DNA of 64,000 nucleotides, taken from positions 1 to 64,000 of the forward strand of contig JAUCBJ010005335.1 in NCBI GenBank assembly GCA_032718475.1. Direction: 5' to 3'. Both the position numbers and the translations under genes were made by a program. This document shows, piece after piece, positions 1 through 12,600 of this stretch. The number at the start of each line of letters is the position of its first letter. Position 1 is the stretch's first letter. This DNA comes from Nemertoderma westbladi (Eukaryota > Animalia > Xenacoelomorpha). Below the pieces are notes generated by a model. That model saw nothing but the letters and a program-made list of their open reading frames with translations, had not been told where the DNA came from and searched no databases.

Positions 1-66
1 CATGACTGACTATCTTTGAATTCAAATTTTTTTTTATGAAATTTACTTTTATTTAATTTCATTTAG

Positions 67-710
67 ATAAATGTGAAGGACTGCGTACCATTAAAAATGA
101 GGACATCGTGGCCACAGAAATGAACAGCCTTAATGGTTTCCAACACCATGACACAACAACACCGAGAGGTCCGTGGACCGTCATCCAAAGGAGGTTTGAT
201 GGATCAGTTGATTTCGATAGAAACTGGGATGAGTATGCTGCAGGATTTGGAAATGTCACCTCTGAATTTTTCTTAGGTTTAGAAAACATCCATACACTTA
301 CTTATGGAAAAGGAGCGTTTCTTAGGATAGATATGTGTCGCAGCGATGGAGTTTACAGATACGCAGAGTATGATTCATTCTATGTTGGACCAGCGCCTTT
401 GTATAAGTTGAACATCTCTGGATACAGCGGTGATGCTCGCGATAATATACTAGTTGAGGACCCACCCTTTAATCTACGTTACTTAAATGACATGGCGTTT
501 TCAACAAAGGGTCAGGATAATGATGGAACATTCCAAAATTGTGCAGAAATTAATGAAGCGGGATGGTGGTATAATTGGTGTAGCGATTCTACACTCAACA
601 GTGTATTCGGAAAGATTTCGAGTTCGGTTTGGGGTACATTCACATCTACAACGCCTCTAGCGATTACGGAAATGAAAATAAGGAATCGTGGAAGCGGTAA
701 GCAAATATAG
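67..710 (+). CDS. Fibrinogen C-terminal (FReD) domain exon of a host gene (ficolin/tenascin/angiopoietin-like)
   Basis: ORF 108-710 has WTVIQRRFDGSVDFDRNW, GFG..EFFLGLENIH, FSTKGQDND and GWWYNWC motifs. Acceptor-like ...ttcatttag ends at 66; a donor-like G|GTAAGC follows 696, so the exon may be 67-696. Confidence 0.85.
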
Positions 711-2110
711 AATTATTAGATATTAAGGGGGTGGGGGGGGGGGGGGGGGGGTATTGTAGTTCTGCTACACCTAATACTCGGGATTCGCTAAACGTCAATA
801 GGGCTATGAGAAGGTTTGGGTCCTGGGGTATTTACGGGTCTATAGGGGTTACAGTAAGTGTAAATTGCTCTTGGTGAAAAGCAAGGGATATAAAATCGGT
901 CTCTGTTAATAGGCGGTACTGTGAATATATAAAATATCGGTTAATAGGCGGTACTGTGAAAATATAAAATATCGAACTATGCTGTACTTCGATTTACTTC
1001 AAGGAATGTAAAAAGATATAGAAACCGGGTAAAATGTTCTGTGGTCGCTGTAAAGTTACAGACGTACCTTTTAGTATCGTTCACAAAAATAGTGAGAACT
1101 TGTACATTTGAAAATATTGCACCAAGAAAATAATACCGTAAATAATAAACCATAAAGGGTTTTGTGAAAAGTCCTCTGTCTGCAAAGACTTTGGTGTGAG
1201 AAGACTGTAAAATACTGACTTATCCTTTCTCGCTTTACAGCACTGAGAACACACGGAAATTCAATTCTTGTTTATTAGAAATTCTTCAAATCATAAAACT
1301 AAAAACCCTGCAGAAACACTATACAATTTAAGTTTAAGTAAGGTGTCTAGCTGATAGCCATAGGGCTAGTAATTGCTAGACCACCTATAAGTAAGACATA
1401 GAAAGCAATATTATAGTTTAAATAGGTACTGGTTTTAAAAAATATATACACAATGGAATAGGAATTGAATTATAAAGTGTTACAGGTAATGTGATAATAA
1501 GAGCACGATAATTAATTACATAGCTAAATAAAGTAAATTTATTCGATGTCATAGAATCGAAATGTAGCATTGAACCACTTAAGAGATGTTACAACTATAA
1601 ATATATGTTTTAATCGATGATTATTAATATTGCAAATAGGAAAAAAAGAAAGAAAATATTTTGAAAAAGTTTTTCAAATGACACGATATATCCTGGATTT
1701 AGGTAGAGACTAGCTGATAAAGTCCCGAAAGAAATATTAACAAGTTACACGTGAAGGAAAATAATGCGATAAGTTAAATTTATGTTGACTTTGGTAAAAA
1801 ATATATAACTTAACTTTCAAGGAACTACTTAATAATGGAGACTTATTTAACAGGGATACGTATATAGCCAAATATATAATGTTATTAGGTGGGAGGAGAA
1901 AAAGAAAAGGAAAAACTATGGTGAGCTTAGATCGAATTAAGTAAAAGAGATTTTAATTTTTTAATGAAAGTACCTTTAAGCCTAATATTACTCAATTCAA
2001 CCTGTATGGATACCCAAACTAACTGTCCTTGATATTCTAATGACCTTTGGCCTACTATGATACTTTTTGAGGGTATAAAAAAAGCACCAGCGGCAGCACG
2101 TCTTGTGTTA

Positions 2111-2419
2111 TGTGATTGAATGGTGTCAGCCCTAATAAATAATGATTTAAATGCCTCTTGATTGATGTATTCCCATTGAGAATATGCCCCCCTCCCCCGT
2201 TATCTGGTGGTGGTTATTAATATATGACATGCAGACATGCTACCGGTATGTGTATATATAATACTGTGTTGTGAGTCAGTAACACTGTAACGGTATACTA
2301 TGTCAGGCACAGGAAGTGCCGGCACCAATAGTTGTAGACCCATATCTATATATGTTTAATAATATATGTGACAATGGTGTTATGGTTCAGACCTTAATGT
2401 TATTACAAAGATAATCACA
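2111..2419 (+). repeat. Putative 5' LTR of the Mag-like gypsy element
   Basis: TGTGATT...AATCACA 7-bp terminal inverted repeat just upstream of the PBS; no second copy available to confirm. Confidence 0.6.
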
Positions 2420-2422
2420 TGA

Positions 2423-2440
2423 TGGCGCAGTGTGTAGGAT
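2423..2440 (+). promoter_or_regulatory. Primer-binding site, tRNA-Ser-like
   Basis: TGGCGCAGTGTGTAGGAT resembles the complement of an animal tRNA-Ser 3' end (TGGCGCAGTCGGTAGGAT type). Confidence 0.7.
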
Positions 2441-2689
2441 CTGAACTGACTGAACCTGCAACTACTGAACTGCTCTAATTACCGAATTAGGCCTACCGCG
2501 ATATCTGATGCTGATATGCGTTTTTGTTTAGCCCTGCCCCGGTATGTCAGAACTGACTGACGTTGCAGACCTTACTGTCGGGCAGTCGGGTGAATGTTGG
2601 AATGTGTGAATAGTAAAAAGTAAAAACCTATTCACAATTTAAATTACCGGTAACTGCCGTAAATCTATCTAAAGACAGATTTGATTGCA

Positions 2690-3212
2690 ATGGCGGACCA
2701 GGAGTTGTTGAGGCGGCTAAAAAAGAGCCACTCCGGCTTCAAGGCAAACTACACCCGTTTAGTAAATCAACTGGAAGCAATGTTCAATGATATCCATGCT
2801 GTCAGTCCAAATGATAGGCCTGCAGCCGTAATTCAAAATTTGCAACTATTGCTAGGTAAAGTTGAGGTTGCCTTCGATAAAATAGGTGATTCCATTTTGG
2901 TTTTACAGGAACACGATATCGACTGTGATACGGAGGAAGACAATTTTGATTTATGTTCCTCCAATATGATTAAATATAGGTCTGTTGTTGTAACTTTATC
3001 TAGTCAGGTACCGACACCCCCTAGCGTACCAGTAGGTAACGTCGGGCCTATTGCTACTGATCCCATACCGGGGGCAGTAGGTACCGGTAGCCAACCGACC
3101 GCCAATGCTCCACGAGCTCCAGTAAATAAACCCCCGATTCTTGATGATGACGTCACAATTAAAAGTTTTAATCGGTGGAGGAAATCGTGGAGAAATTATG
3201 CTAAGGTGGTCC
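2690..3212 (+). pseudogene. gag: Gypsy gag, 5' part (split by BEL/Pao insertion)
   Basis: Removing 3213-21787 restores the frame: ...NYAKVV-QLNKQPRDEQ...SKMEH. Confidence 0.8.
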
Positions 3213-4368
3213 TGTAAAAGCTTTTGCGTCATTAACCGGTTATTTTCCCTTAAAGTACTCTGTAGTTGGTTTACCAGGCATAAAAAGGCCGTGTCCTTGC
3301 TGTACTGGTGTTTTAGAGGACATAAAAGTCATTTCCTCTGTATTTGTACTTTAGAGGACATAATCCGCAATCTCGTGACGCGATAAGCTAGATACTCTTG
3401 AAAACAGTGTCGCTACCATGACGACGGCTAACAGCTGATATTGCCACGTCGACATTTCTTTGTTTCTTTGTTCTCTCGTTGTTCGGTTGACCAATCAGAG
3501 CGTTTTTTGTCTCTGTGTTGGAGGTGGATACAGAACTCAGTAGTTCAGTGTTATGTTTTTGCCCAGAGCCTAAGAACACCGGCTTTTGGCACCTCCGTGT
3601 TTCAGTCTTTAGTCTTACATTAGTAGGCTTAATTATAGAACGTATATCTGTTATCTAACCAAACGAGCTACTTACTTACTCACTCACTATCCATAAATTA
3701 CTAATATTACTGCTTTTGCTGTCGGTTATTCATTATATTTGTTGATGAAATATTATATCGGAATACTGATCAATAGTCAGATACCCCACCTTCTTGATAT
3801 ACTAAAGGTTAGAGAGACCGGTTACAGATAAACGATTGCGACCTATGTTAAGTGGTTTGAAGTGAATCTAATGCTATTTCATATGCCCGACATAAATTAT
3901 ATGTTGCTCTCTTTATACGTGACCAAATTTAGTGAAGGTCGGCAGATTAGTGTGCAGTATTGTGCAGCATTGTGTATGAGTGTAACTGATAACAAAGCAT
4001 CTCCTAAAGAATGCGCCATATACGTGAATCTATAGCCTTTTCGTTGTGTCTAGTTTAAGCCATAACTCTGTTTACATATTTAGAGCGCCACGTCCTAAAA
4101 GGAACTGTTAATATTTCCCGAAAGTGAATAATATTTGTCAGAGATTATATATTACGATCAGTCGAATAATACAGTAGGCTTACACCATCAATCATTAAGC
4201 TCCGAACTCAGTCTCCCGGGTATATCCAACGGGTGAATGATTGCGCATAGACTGGCTTCGGCTAATGTAGTGTATCAAATACTCGTCATAGGCTAAAGAC
4301 TATCTATCATCCAAAAGACATTCTAATTTTGGCAGGTTAAACTGTCAAAGGTCTTAAAAGCACAAACA
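3213..4368 (+). repeat. 5' LTR of E1
   Basis: Direct repeat of 20627-21782; two substitutions seen by eye. Confidence 0.95.
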
Positions 4369-4379
4369 ATAACAGATAT
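4369..4379 (+). promoter_or_regulatory. Non-tRNA primer-binding site candidate of E1 (ATAACAGATAT)
   Basis: Abuts the LTR CA end, lacks TGG, and is the exact reverse complement of 3644-3654 in the LTR. Confidence 0.7.
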
Positions 4380-4714
4380 TTGGTTCTGATTGTGGTGTAG
4401 GCAATAAATATAGTTTAATATTGTTTTTGGTAAAAACAATAACAGATATTGCTTCTGGATTGCGGTGTAAGCAATCTAGTCGAAAGTACCGGTCGACCGG
4501 AAACCTGTAGGCCTGACTGCCTGATCATCCGAACCGGTACTTCCAGCAGGTACAGCAGTATTATTCGATTTGATTATTATATGCCGGTAGGTCTTAATAA
4601 TTAATCGGGGATGCCTGGTTTTTATTGGGATTTTACTTAGGCCTATTTCTGTCAGTTTTATTTATTTGTAGGCCAGTATTGAGCAGAAGGCGTGTAAGCC
4701 TGCTCAGATTGTAC

Positions 4715-5280
4715 AGATAATTTGTAGGCTTGACTGTTGGCTAACTGTTGATTAGGTCTGAATGGATTGCAGTGCATGTAGAGTGTATGTCCGATAAAGA
4801 ACGGTTAGGAAGTAGGGGCAGCCATAGCTGTAAGGTAAACCCCCATCTAAAGAATAAGTCGTACTACTGGGTTAGAACGCATACTACTTAACCATTTCGG
4901 AGTCTGCATGTCCTGTGGTTTATTTAGGCTTGATAGTAGTCTGCCATCGTTTGGTCTGTACTTTGTTTGTGTAGTCTGTACGGGTAGCGTATAATTTTAT
5001 TTAGATAATTTGTAGGCTGGATAGTTGTCTGGCTGCTGTTGGGTTTGAGGAAATTTCGGTGTGTTTAAAGCATCTGTCCGATAAAGAACGGTTAGGAAGT
5101 AGGGGCAGCCATAGCTGTAAGGTAAACCCCCATCTAAAGAATAAGTCTTACTACTGGGTTAGAACGCATACTACTTAACCATTTCGGAGTCTGCATATAC
5201 CGTAGTTTGTTTAGGCTTCATAGTAGTCTGTCAGTATTTGGTCTGCATTTTGTTTGAGTAGTTTGTACGCGTAGCGTAAT
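4715..5280 (+). repeat. ~290-bp tandem duplication in the E1 leader
   Basis: Block GTCCGATAAAGAACGGTTAGG...CATTTCGGAGTCTGCA occurs twice; an equivalent duplication is present in E2 (~59870-60420). Confidence 0.8.
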
Positions 5281-6627
5281 ATTTATTATTCAGAGTTTAT
5301 GCTATTATTCGCAACATTCATATCCCCAAGTTTATTCCTACAGTAATTGTGTTTGTTATACATACCGTTATAGTTAAACTAACCCCGGTACTACATCAGG
5401 GCTGCTCGGCGTAGGTAAAGACTGGTGATTTTGTGCACCGGTCACTCCAGCAGATGCCGTGGTTCTTTTAGCTGTTCAAGTATTTTTAACTACTAATTAT
5501 TTGTTGTACAAGTACTTGTACCTAATTTAGGGTTTAGTGTACAGTACTTTCCGAAGGTGATTAGTGTGTAGGCAGTATATTTGTGTTGTAAAGTGGTTAA
5601 TAGGCACGTTGGTTCTGGTAGACCGCGGTAATTAATCTCTAGGTAGGGACACTCCGTGATACATAACGTAGTACCTATAGCGATATGGTTATAGGTCGTC
5701 AGGCGGTGGTATTTTCCTATCTGGACAGCGCAGTATATTTACTACTACTTATTATTTTCAAATACCGTAGTAACCTGTCCGTTGTAATAACCAGATATTC
5801 TAACCCTTTGTTAGGCTGGTTAGTAGACTTCTTGTAAAATTACCCTAAAATTCGTATTTGTGTATTTGTAATTAAATTTTTGTGTTTATTTAGAGATTGT
5901 AATCTCAACCCGAATTGTACGTAATTTGTAGTATTAAGTAACTTAGGTAAATTAGAATTATTTGTTTTAGTGTCTAACAAGTAGCACTCCACTGAGAGCG
6001 CACAGCTTATGTGTAGTGACTCCCCCAGAAATAATAACATTTATTTCAAACATTAACAAAACCCATTAAACGGGTATATATATATTATAAATCAACTCAA
6101 ACGATTTATAAATAGTAGGCCTGCCATACAACAATTAGGTCTCAATATCAGTTGGACTACTGCTTAAATAACGGCAATAAAGTAAGTTAAAGTAACCAAG
6201 TAACCCTTAAAATTCAGAAATTCAATTATTCTAAAATAATTGACATACCGGTATTTACAATAGGCTTATTATATTTATTTCTATAAATTTTAGGTTGAAA
6301 TCATACTGGTATTCTGTAATTAATTCTAGTCTGTAATTATACTTATATATATACATTATAAGTGTAAACTGCATACCGGTATCCACGATAGGCCTATTAT
6401 ATATTTATATATATTTGTGCTAAAATTACCTACCGGTATTCTGTGATAAACTAGTCTGTAATAATACTTATATATACTATAAGCATACCGGTATACTAAT
6501 ATATTATATATCACGCTACACTGAGTAGCAGTATCGGTAATTAATTACTAGGCTAGCAGTTAACACTGAATTACTAGACTTGCTTAGACTGTAATATAGC
6601 AGTAGACATTCAACTGTGTAAACAAAC

Positions 6628-9600
6628 ATGTCTGATACTAAGCGGAACCTGTCAGACAGTTTATTAGATGTAACTATCTGCGACTCAGATAGAGGTGTAG
6701 AACCGTCTAGTTCTAAGTTCAGTTCACCTCCCACTGTGAGGAAGGTCATCCCTCCATTAGTATTAACAGAACCTAGGCTGGTCCAACATCGTAGGTCTAT
6801 CATAGGCACTCGAGCTCAGGTTAAGCGGGACCAAGAAGCAGCGGAACAGCAACAACCCGCAAGCCAAGAACTTATTTCTGAGCGGCCCGACAGCTCCAGT
6901 AGTGAAGATACTGTAGAGCTGACACCCGAGCGCGGAGCAAGGATGACGGATGCGGTTTATTCGGATCCCCTTCTCATCCTTCCTGCAGCCGTACTCACTA
7001 GGTTATTGATCGCGGTGGAAGAACACCAGATCGATTGGGCGAGAAGTAAGCGATCAACTAAAGATAGTTATGAGGGATACACAAGGGAATAACTGAATTC
7101 TATGGTCGAGTCGCAATGGAACTTCCCCGGACCCAGACTCCCGTTTGATTTATCAGAAGCTGCCTGGGAAGACATACACCGGATGGGAGTAGCCAAGGAA
7201 ACCATCGATCCAGCTGTGTGGAAGAGGTCCGCAGCCGGATACGCACAGGGATTCTTCAGCTCTATGGAGCGAGTAAAAGAACAACTGTTTCAACAACCTC
7301 AAGGACCTCAAGAGCAGGGACAACTGCTTTATCAAGTTAGAGAAAGAATTCTGCGAATCAGGCTAATATTATCAGCCTTTGAAGAGGCTTCTAAAAGAAG
7401 ACAAGACACGTCGTTGCAAGTTGCCGTAAAGACTTGGTTTCAACGGGTGAGTCGCCAGGTTCAAGGAACAGCTCAGTGGAAAGCTCAGCTGGAGGAGCGC
7501 TCAACCCATGGAGAATCAACAGACGCTACTTTTTCCCAAGTGGAAAGTGAAGCGACGGCAGAGAAACCGCATAAGAGGGATGCCATTGACATCTATCTGT
7601 CAGACTATCAGCGTTTTTTGGGAGATGAAGAGTTGAGGAGAAGGCTAGATGGACTTAGCCCTAATAGTGAAGGAGCACAGCGTGTGCTTGACGCCATCGA
7701 CGTGGATAGGTTAGCAGCGAACCAAGCTAAATTCGATGAACAACTCCGCATCGCTAGAGACCAAGAAGAAAGGGTGAAGAAAAAACGCATAGAAGACAGA
7801 AAGAAAGCAGCAGTAGCAGCTGCAGAAGCCGAAAGAGAAGCGGCAGCGGCAGAGGCAGAAGCGGAAAGAAAAGCGGCAGCGGCAGAGGCAGAAGCGGAAA
7901 GGAAAGCAGCCGAAATGGAAAGAAAAGCGGCAAGAGCAGCGGCAGAAGCGGAGCGGATAGCAGCTGAAGAGATTGCCCAATTAGAATTGGAAAATATTCA
8001 GGAGAATCAAGACTGCATAAATAAACAGTTAACAGCTAGTAATATGCAGATGATGAATCGATCTACTCCCAAAAGACAGGGATATACATCATCTGAGGAA
8101 GGCGATACCACCGATACTGAAGGCAAAGGAAATAGATCTCACCTAAGCAGACGCAAAAGAACATTCCACCGTCAGAAATTGCCTGATTTGCCTCCAGCTG
8201 TTAGAAGGCAACTAAATAACACCAACTTAGGTAGTACAGAACCCACAGACCAAATAATTACAATAGAGAGACTCCCTACTATAGTAGATGAGCCTGAAAT
8301 AATTAGGCCTGTTCCCGAAGCCACCCTTTCGGTCGTAGAGACACCTGTACTCCCTGAACCTACCTCTCAATTCCCTTTGCACAGCACTAAGCTACCTGTG
8401 CCCAGCAGAACAGCCCATGAGACAGTTCATGCCCTGGACTCCGAGCGAAATATTCATGATTTGTCGCCCGTTGTCCCTCGTCCGCCCGCTACAACGTTGG
8501 CGAATCCCGCTTCGGTGGTCGAATGGGTGGATGAGAGACGACGGGGGATGGATCTCCTGCTCGGACAGATGCAGGAGACCGTTCAGCAATTCAAGGGCAC
8601 AGTAAGGGAAAGTAGATTAGAGTTGCAAGAAGTGCAGCAAAGTATCGCGCTAGAACGCGATAAATTAGTAAATACACAAAAGGGTATACCAACACCCCCC
8701 GTAACAATGTGTCAACCTGTTAGGTCTGAAGTATCTCATGGCAAGGTGTGGAGCCTACACGCATCTATACTGCTAGCGAAGTAGAAACTCCTATAGTGAA
8801 CCCTATTAAGGGTAATTATAGACCTGTTGATAATGATATTCCCTATAGACCGGATCATAATCCGATAAATTTATATACCGATAACTCGATATTAAATAAC
8901 ACGATGGCCCAAGAAAGTTTTACGCGTCAAATGGCTAGAACCGAAGCCCGGCAAGCGGTAAAGGTGGGAGAGATCGTCAAGTTCAATGGAGATGAGATGA
9001 AATGGTTACCTTTTAATGAATATTACAAAGATAACATACAGAACTCTGTGCTATCTAATGGAGAGAAACTTAGATTCCTCATCGAGTGCTTGGAAGGATC
9101 TCCCAAGTTAATGGCGTTAAAGTTTATTGGACATCCAGACGGATTAAGACAAGTTTGGGATACACTAAACATCAGGTATGGTAATAGGAATAACATAGCT
9201 GGGTATTTGTATGCAAAGTTGGTAGCGCCCCGAAAGTTTATTAGCAGCGGAATTATAGAGTTTTCCGATGAGATTCAGGAGATCTGCAGACAATTAGATT
9301 GGCTAGGTAAGTCTCATGAGTATCAGAATGCTATGGTTATTAGAGCAGTGGCTTCTACTTTACCGAAGGGTGGAGTAGGTACACGCTGGGATAAGAAAGT
9401 GTTATATATGATGGAACAACAACGACGAGACCCTACCATGGCTGATCTCATGTCATTCCTAGATGGAGAAGTGAAATTACAGCTCCTGAAACTGTCCAGA
9501 GAGAAGACACCGGAAAACAAGGTAAGTGAAAAACCCGTCGCTAGGAGAAAGGTAACACCAGTGTGTTATACAGATGATGGCGAAAGCCAGACTTCTCAAG

Positions 9601-12600
9601 GAGAAGATAGCGGGAAAGACACTGACAGATCTTATTACGTAAATAAAATGCCTAAAGATCAGGTAAGTAAATTCAAGTCTCGAACAAATGACAGGAGAGA
9701 ACAGGTAAGAAAAACTCCTCCTACGTCTCCCAAGAGAATTCAGGTGAGAAAGCCCGAAGAAAAGACAAGTGTACACAATGTTACTCAGAGTAAGGTAAGT
9801 AACATCAAACCGAAATGTGCACTATGTGATGGGACCCATCGCTTAAATATGTGTGATGAATTTCTAAAGAAATCATTAACTGAGAGACGTGAAGTCATGT
9901 GGGACAAGCGGTTGTGTTATAATTGCCTCAGACAAGGACACCAACGGCGAACCTGTTACTCTGACACAAGATGTGCCAAGTGCGGTGCGAAACATCATAT
10001 CTTGTTGCACACTGAATTCGAGCGAAATAGTCCGAGTCAGGTAAGTGATTCCGAACTACATGTCCAATTCAGTGATGTGAACGACACTGATCAATCTGAG
10101 ATGGAAGGATTCTATACAGACGAGTTCTCCGACGAAAACGAATCCTGTTACACGATAAACACCACAGTGTATCGAGCACTCATTTATGAAAAAGATACAG
10201 ACATTGACCTCGCTCTAACTACTTCTGATCGACAACCATCTTGGAAAGCGCCAACTTCCAATGTAGGGATTAGAGAATTTCCTGTGGTACAGGTAAGGGT
10301 CCACGGACCAAAAAGGAGTTATGTAGTGAACGCCCTCCTTGACTCCGGTAGTACAGGAACATTCATCGACAAAGAGCTAGCCGAGGACATATTCGCTGGA
10401 CAACCCAAGTTCCGAACTAAGCTAAACATGTCAGGAATTATGCAAGTTTGGAAATCCACAGTAACAGCGGATTATATGTAGGTGCGTTGTCCACCCCCCA
10501 GGACGAACTAGGAGAACATAGCATAAGGTCAGTGAAAATGGTGGCTATAAAGAACTTCGCTACTACTCAAGCAGACCTTTATAATTGGGACGAGGATGAG
10601 AGCATCCAACATCTTAAGATACCTCGATTCCAGACAGATTATCCTGGAGTGCAAATACTCATCGGTCAAAATGCGCATGAAGCGCTCGAGACATTGGAGA
10701 AACGACCTGCTCAACCGCAACCTCTACAAGTTTATGCGGGAAGAACTAGAGTAGGTTGGTACTTTACTGGCCCTTCCCGTAGAACTCTCATGGAAAGATT
10801 ACCGAAAGATCAGGTATATCAAGCGCGAGAATGGGAAGTTGAGAACAGTGAGTTCGACGATCCAACTGAGGGAACTCCATACTCCTCAGACAACGACGAT
10901 ATACATCAACTCTTTGATGAGGAGAATGCCATCGATCTCCTTAAGGAAAGCGAGACTTGGCAAAATCAAGTGAACTTATGTCAACTCCTTCTTCCATCCG
11001 AGCGAGACGACTATAACGACGAGCTTAATGACGTTATTGAACGTTATAATGCCAAGACTCGGGATGAACACGCCGTGAGATTCTTTACTCAAGAGGTCGT
11101 AGAGCCCAACTCCTACGATAAGGCCCTATCGGTGGAGGAAGAAAGAGCCAAGCAGATCCAAGCGACAACTACTCGTTTTCTTAAAGATCAAGGTAGATAT
11201 GAGATCGGTCTTCCTTTCCGAAAGCGAGAACCAAAGTTCATTAACAACAGACCTTTGGCAGAGAAAAGAATTGCTCAACTACATCGACGCCTTACGGCAA
11301 ATTCTTCAGCTAAAGAAATGTATAAAACACAGTTGAAGAAGTTTATTAGCAAGGGATATGCGGAGCTAGTACCGGAAGAAACCCCTATAACTGAGAGAAC
11401 GTATTACTTAACTCACCATTACGTTCCCAAACCCGGTAAACCCCATGAAGTACGAGTGGTGTTTGACGGTTCCGCCCTTTATATGGGCCAATCTCTTAAT
11501 TCTGAATTGTTACCCGGACCCAACTTACTCTAATCCTTGTTGGGAATACTATTAAGATTAAGACAATACTCCATTGCTTTCGCCTCAGATATAGAAGGCA
11601 TGTTCTTACAAGTCAAAGCGCTGGATAGGGATCGAGATAGCCTACGATTTTTGTGGTGGCCTGAAGGAGACCTCAATAAGAAACCGGTGGAGTACTGGAT
11701 GACCATCCAAGCTTTTGGGATAATCTCGAGCCCTTCAAACGCCTGTTCCGTGGTACGCACCACTGCGGATGACAACCGAGACGCCTTCTCTAAAGAAGTG
11801 ATCGACAATATCAAACGAGACATCTACATGGACGATAATCTAAAGTCCCTTCCATCAGTCGAAGAAGCCATTGAGGTCGCTAAAGGAACGGTAGAGTGCT
11901 TAAAAAGAGGTGGATTTCGATTAACTAAATTCACTAGCAACTCCCGTGAGTTTCTGGAGTCGATCCCGGTAGAAGATCGAGGAGCAAAAGACCTAGATCT
12001 AATAAAGGATGATCTCCCAGAAACTAAGACCCTTGGTTTGAAATGGGACACAGAAAGAGATATCCTGTTTTTCCAACTAAAACAGCGAGATAATCCAGTT
12101 CGGACTAAACGGATATGTTTGAGTATCCTGAGCACTTATTTCGATCCATTGGGATTTATTAGCCCAGTTATATTGATTGCTCGGAGTTTAGTACAACAAA
12201 TGTGGCTTGAAAACCACTCATGGGACGATCCACTTAAGGGAGAATTATTAAAGAAGTGGATGAAATGGGAAGATTCTCTACCAGCCATCGAAAACTTCAT
12301 AATTTCCTGTTCATATTTTGGTCATGTTCTCCCTACGTATTCATATCAACTCCATGTGTTTGGAGACGCCAGCGATATGGGAATAGGTATAGTAGCTTAC
12401 CTAAGGGTGGAAACTCCGGACGGAATCAAAGTTGCCTTGGTTACCTCTAAGGCATTGATAAACAACAAGTTGAAAGTTCCTCGAGCGAAGTTAAAAGCGG
12501 CTCTATACGCTACAGCCATCGGCCGGAATGTAACAGAACAGATCGACTATCCCCTGGAGAAAACTGTCTATTGGACCGACGCTTTACTCGTGTTGGAGTA

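Noticed and set aside
726-750. Poly-G tracts (also 44142-44171) as functional G-quadruplexes
   Set aside because: Simple homopolymers with no supporting context.
3388-3623. Small ORFs in LTRs (also 20802-21037, 46200-46400, 60852-61052)
   Set aside because: Not conserved between the E1 and E2 LTRs.
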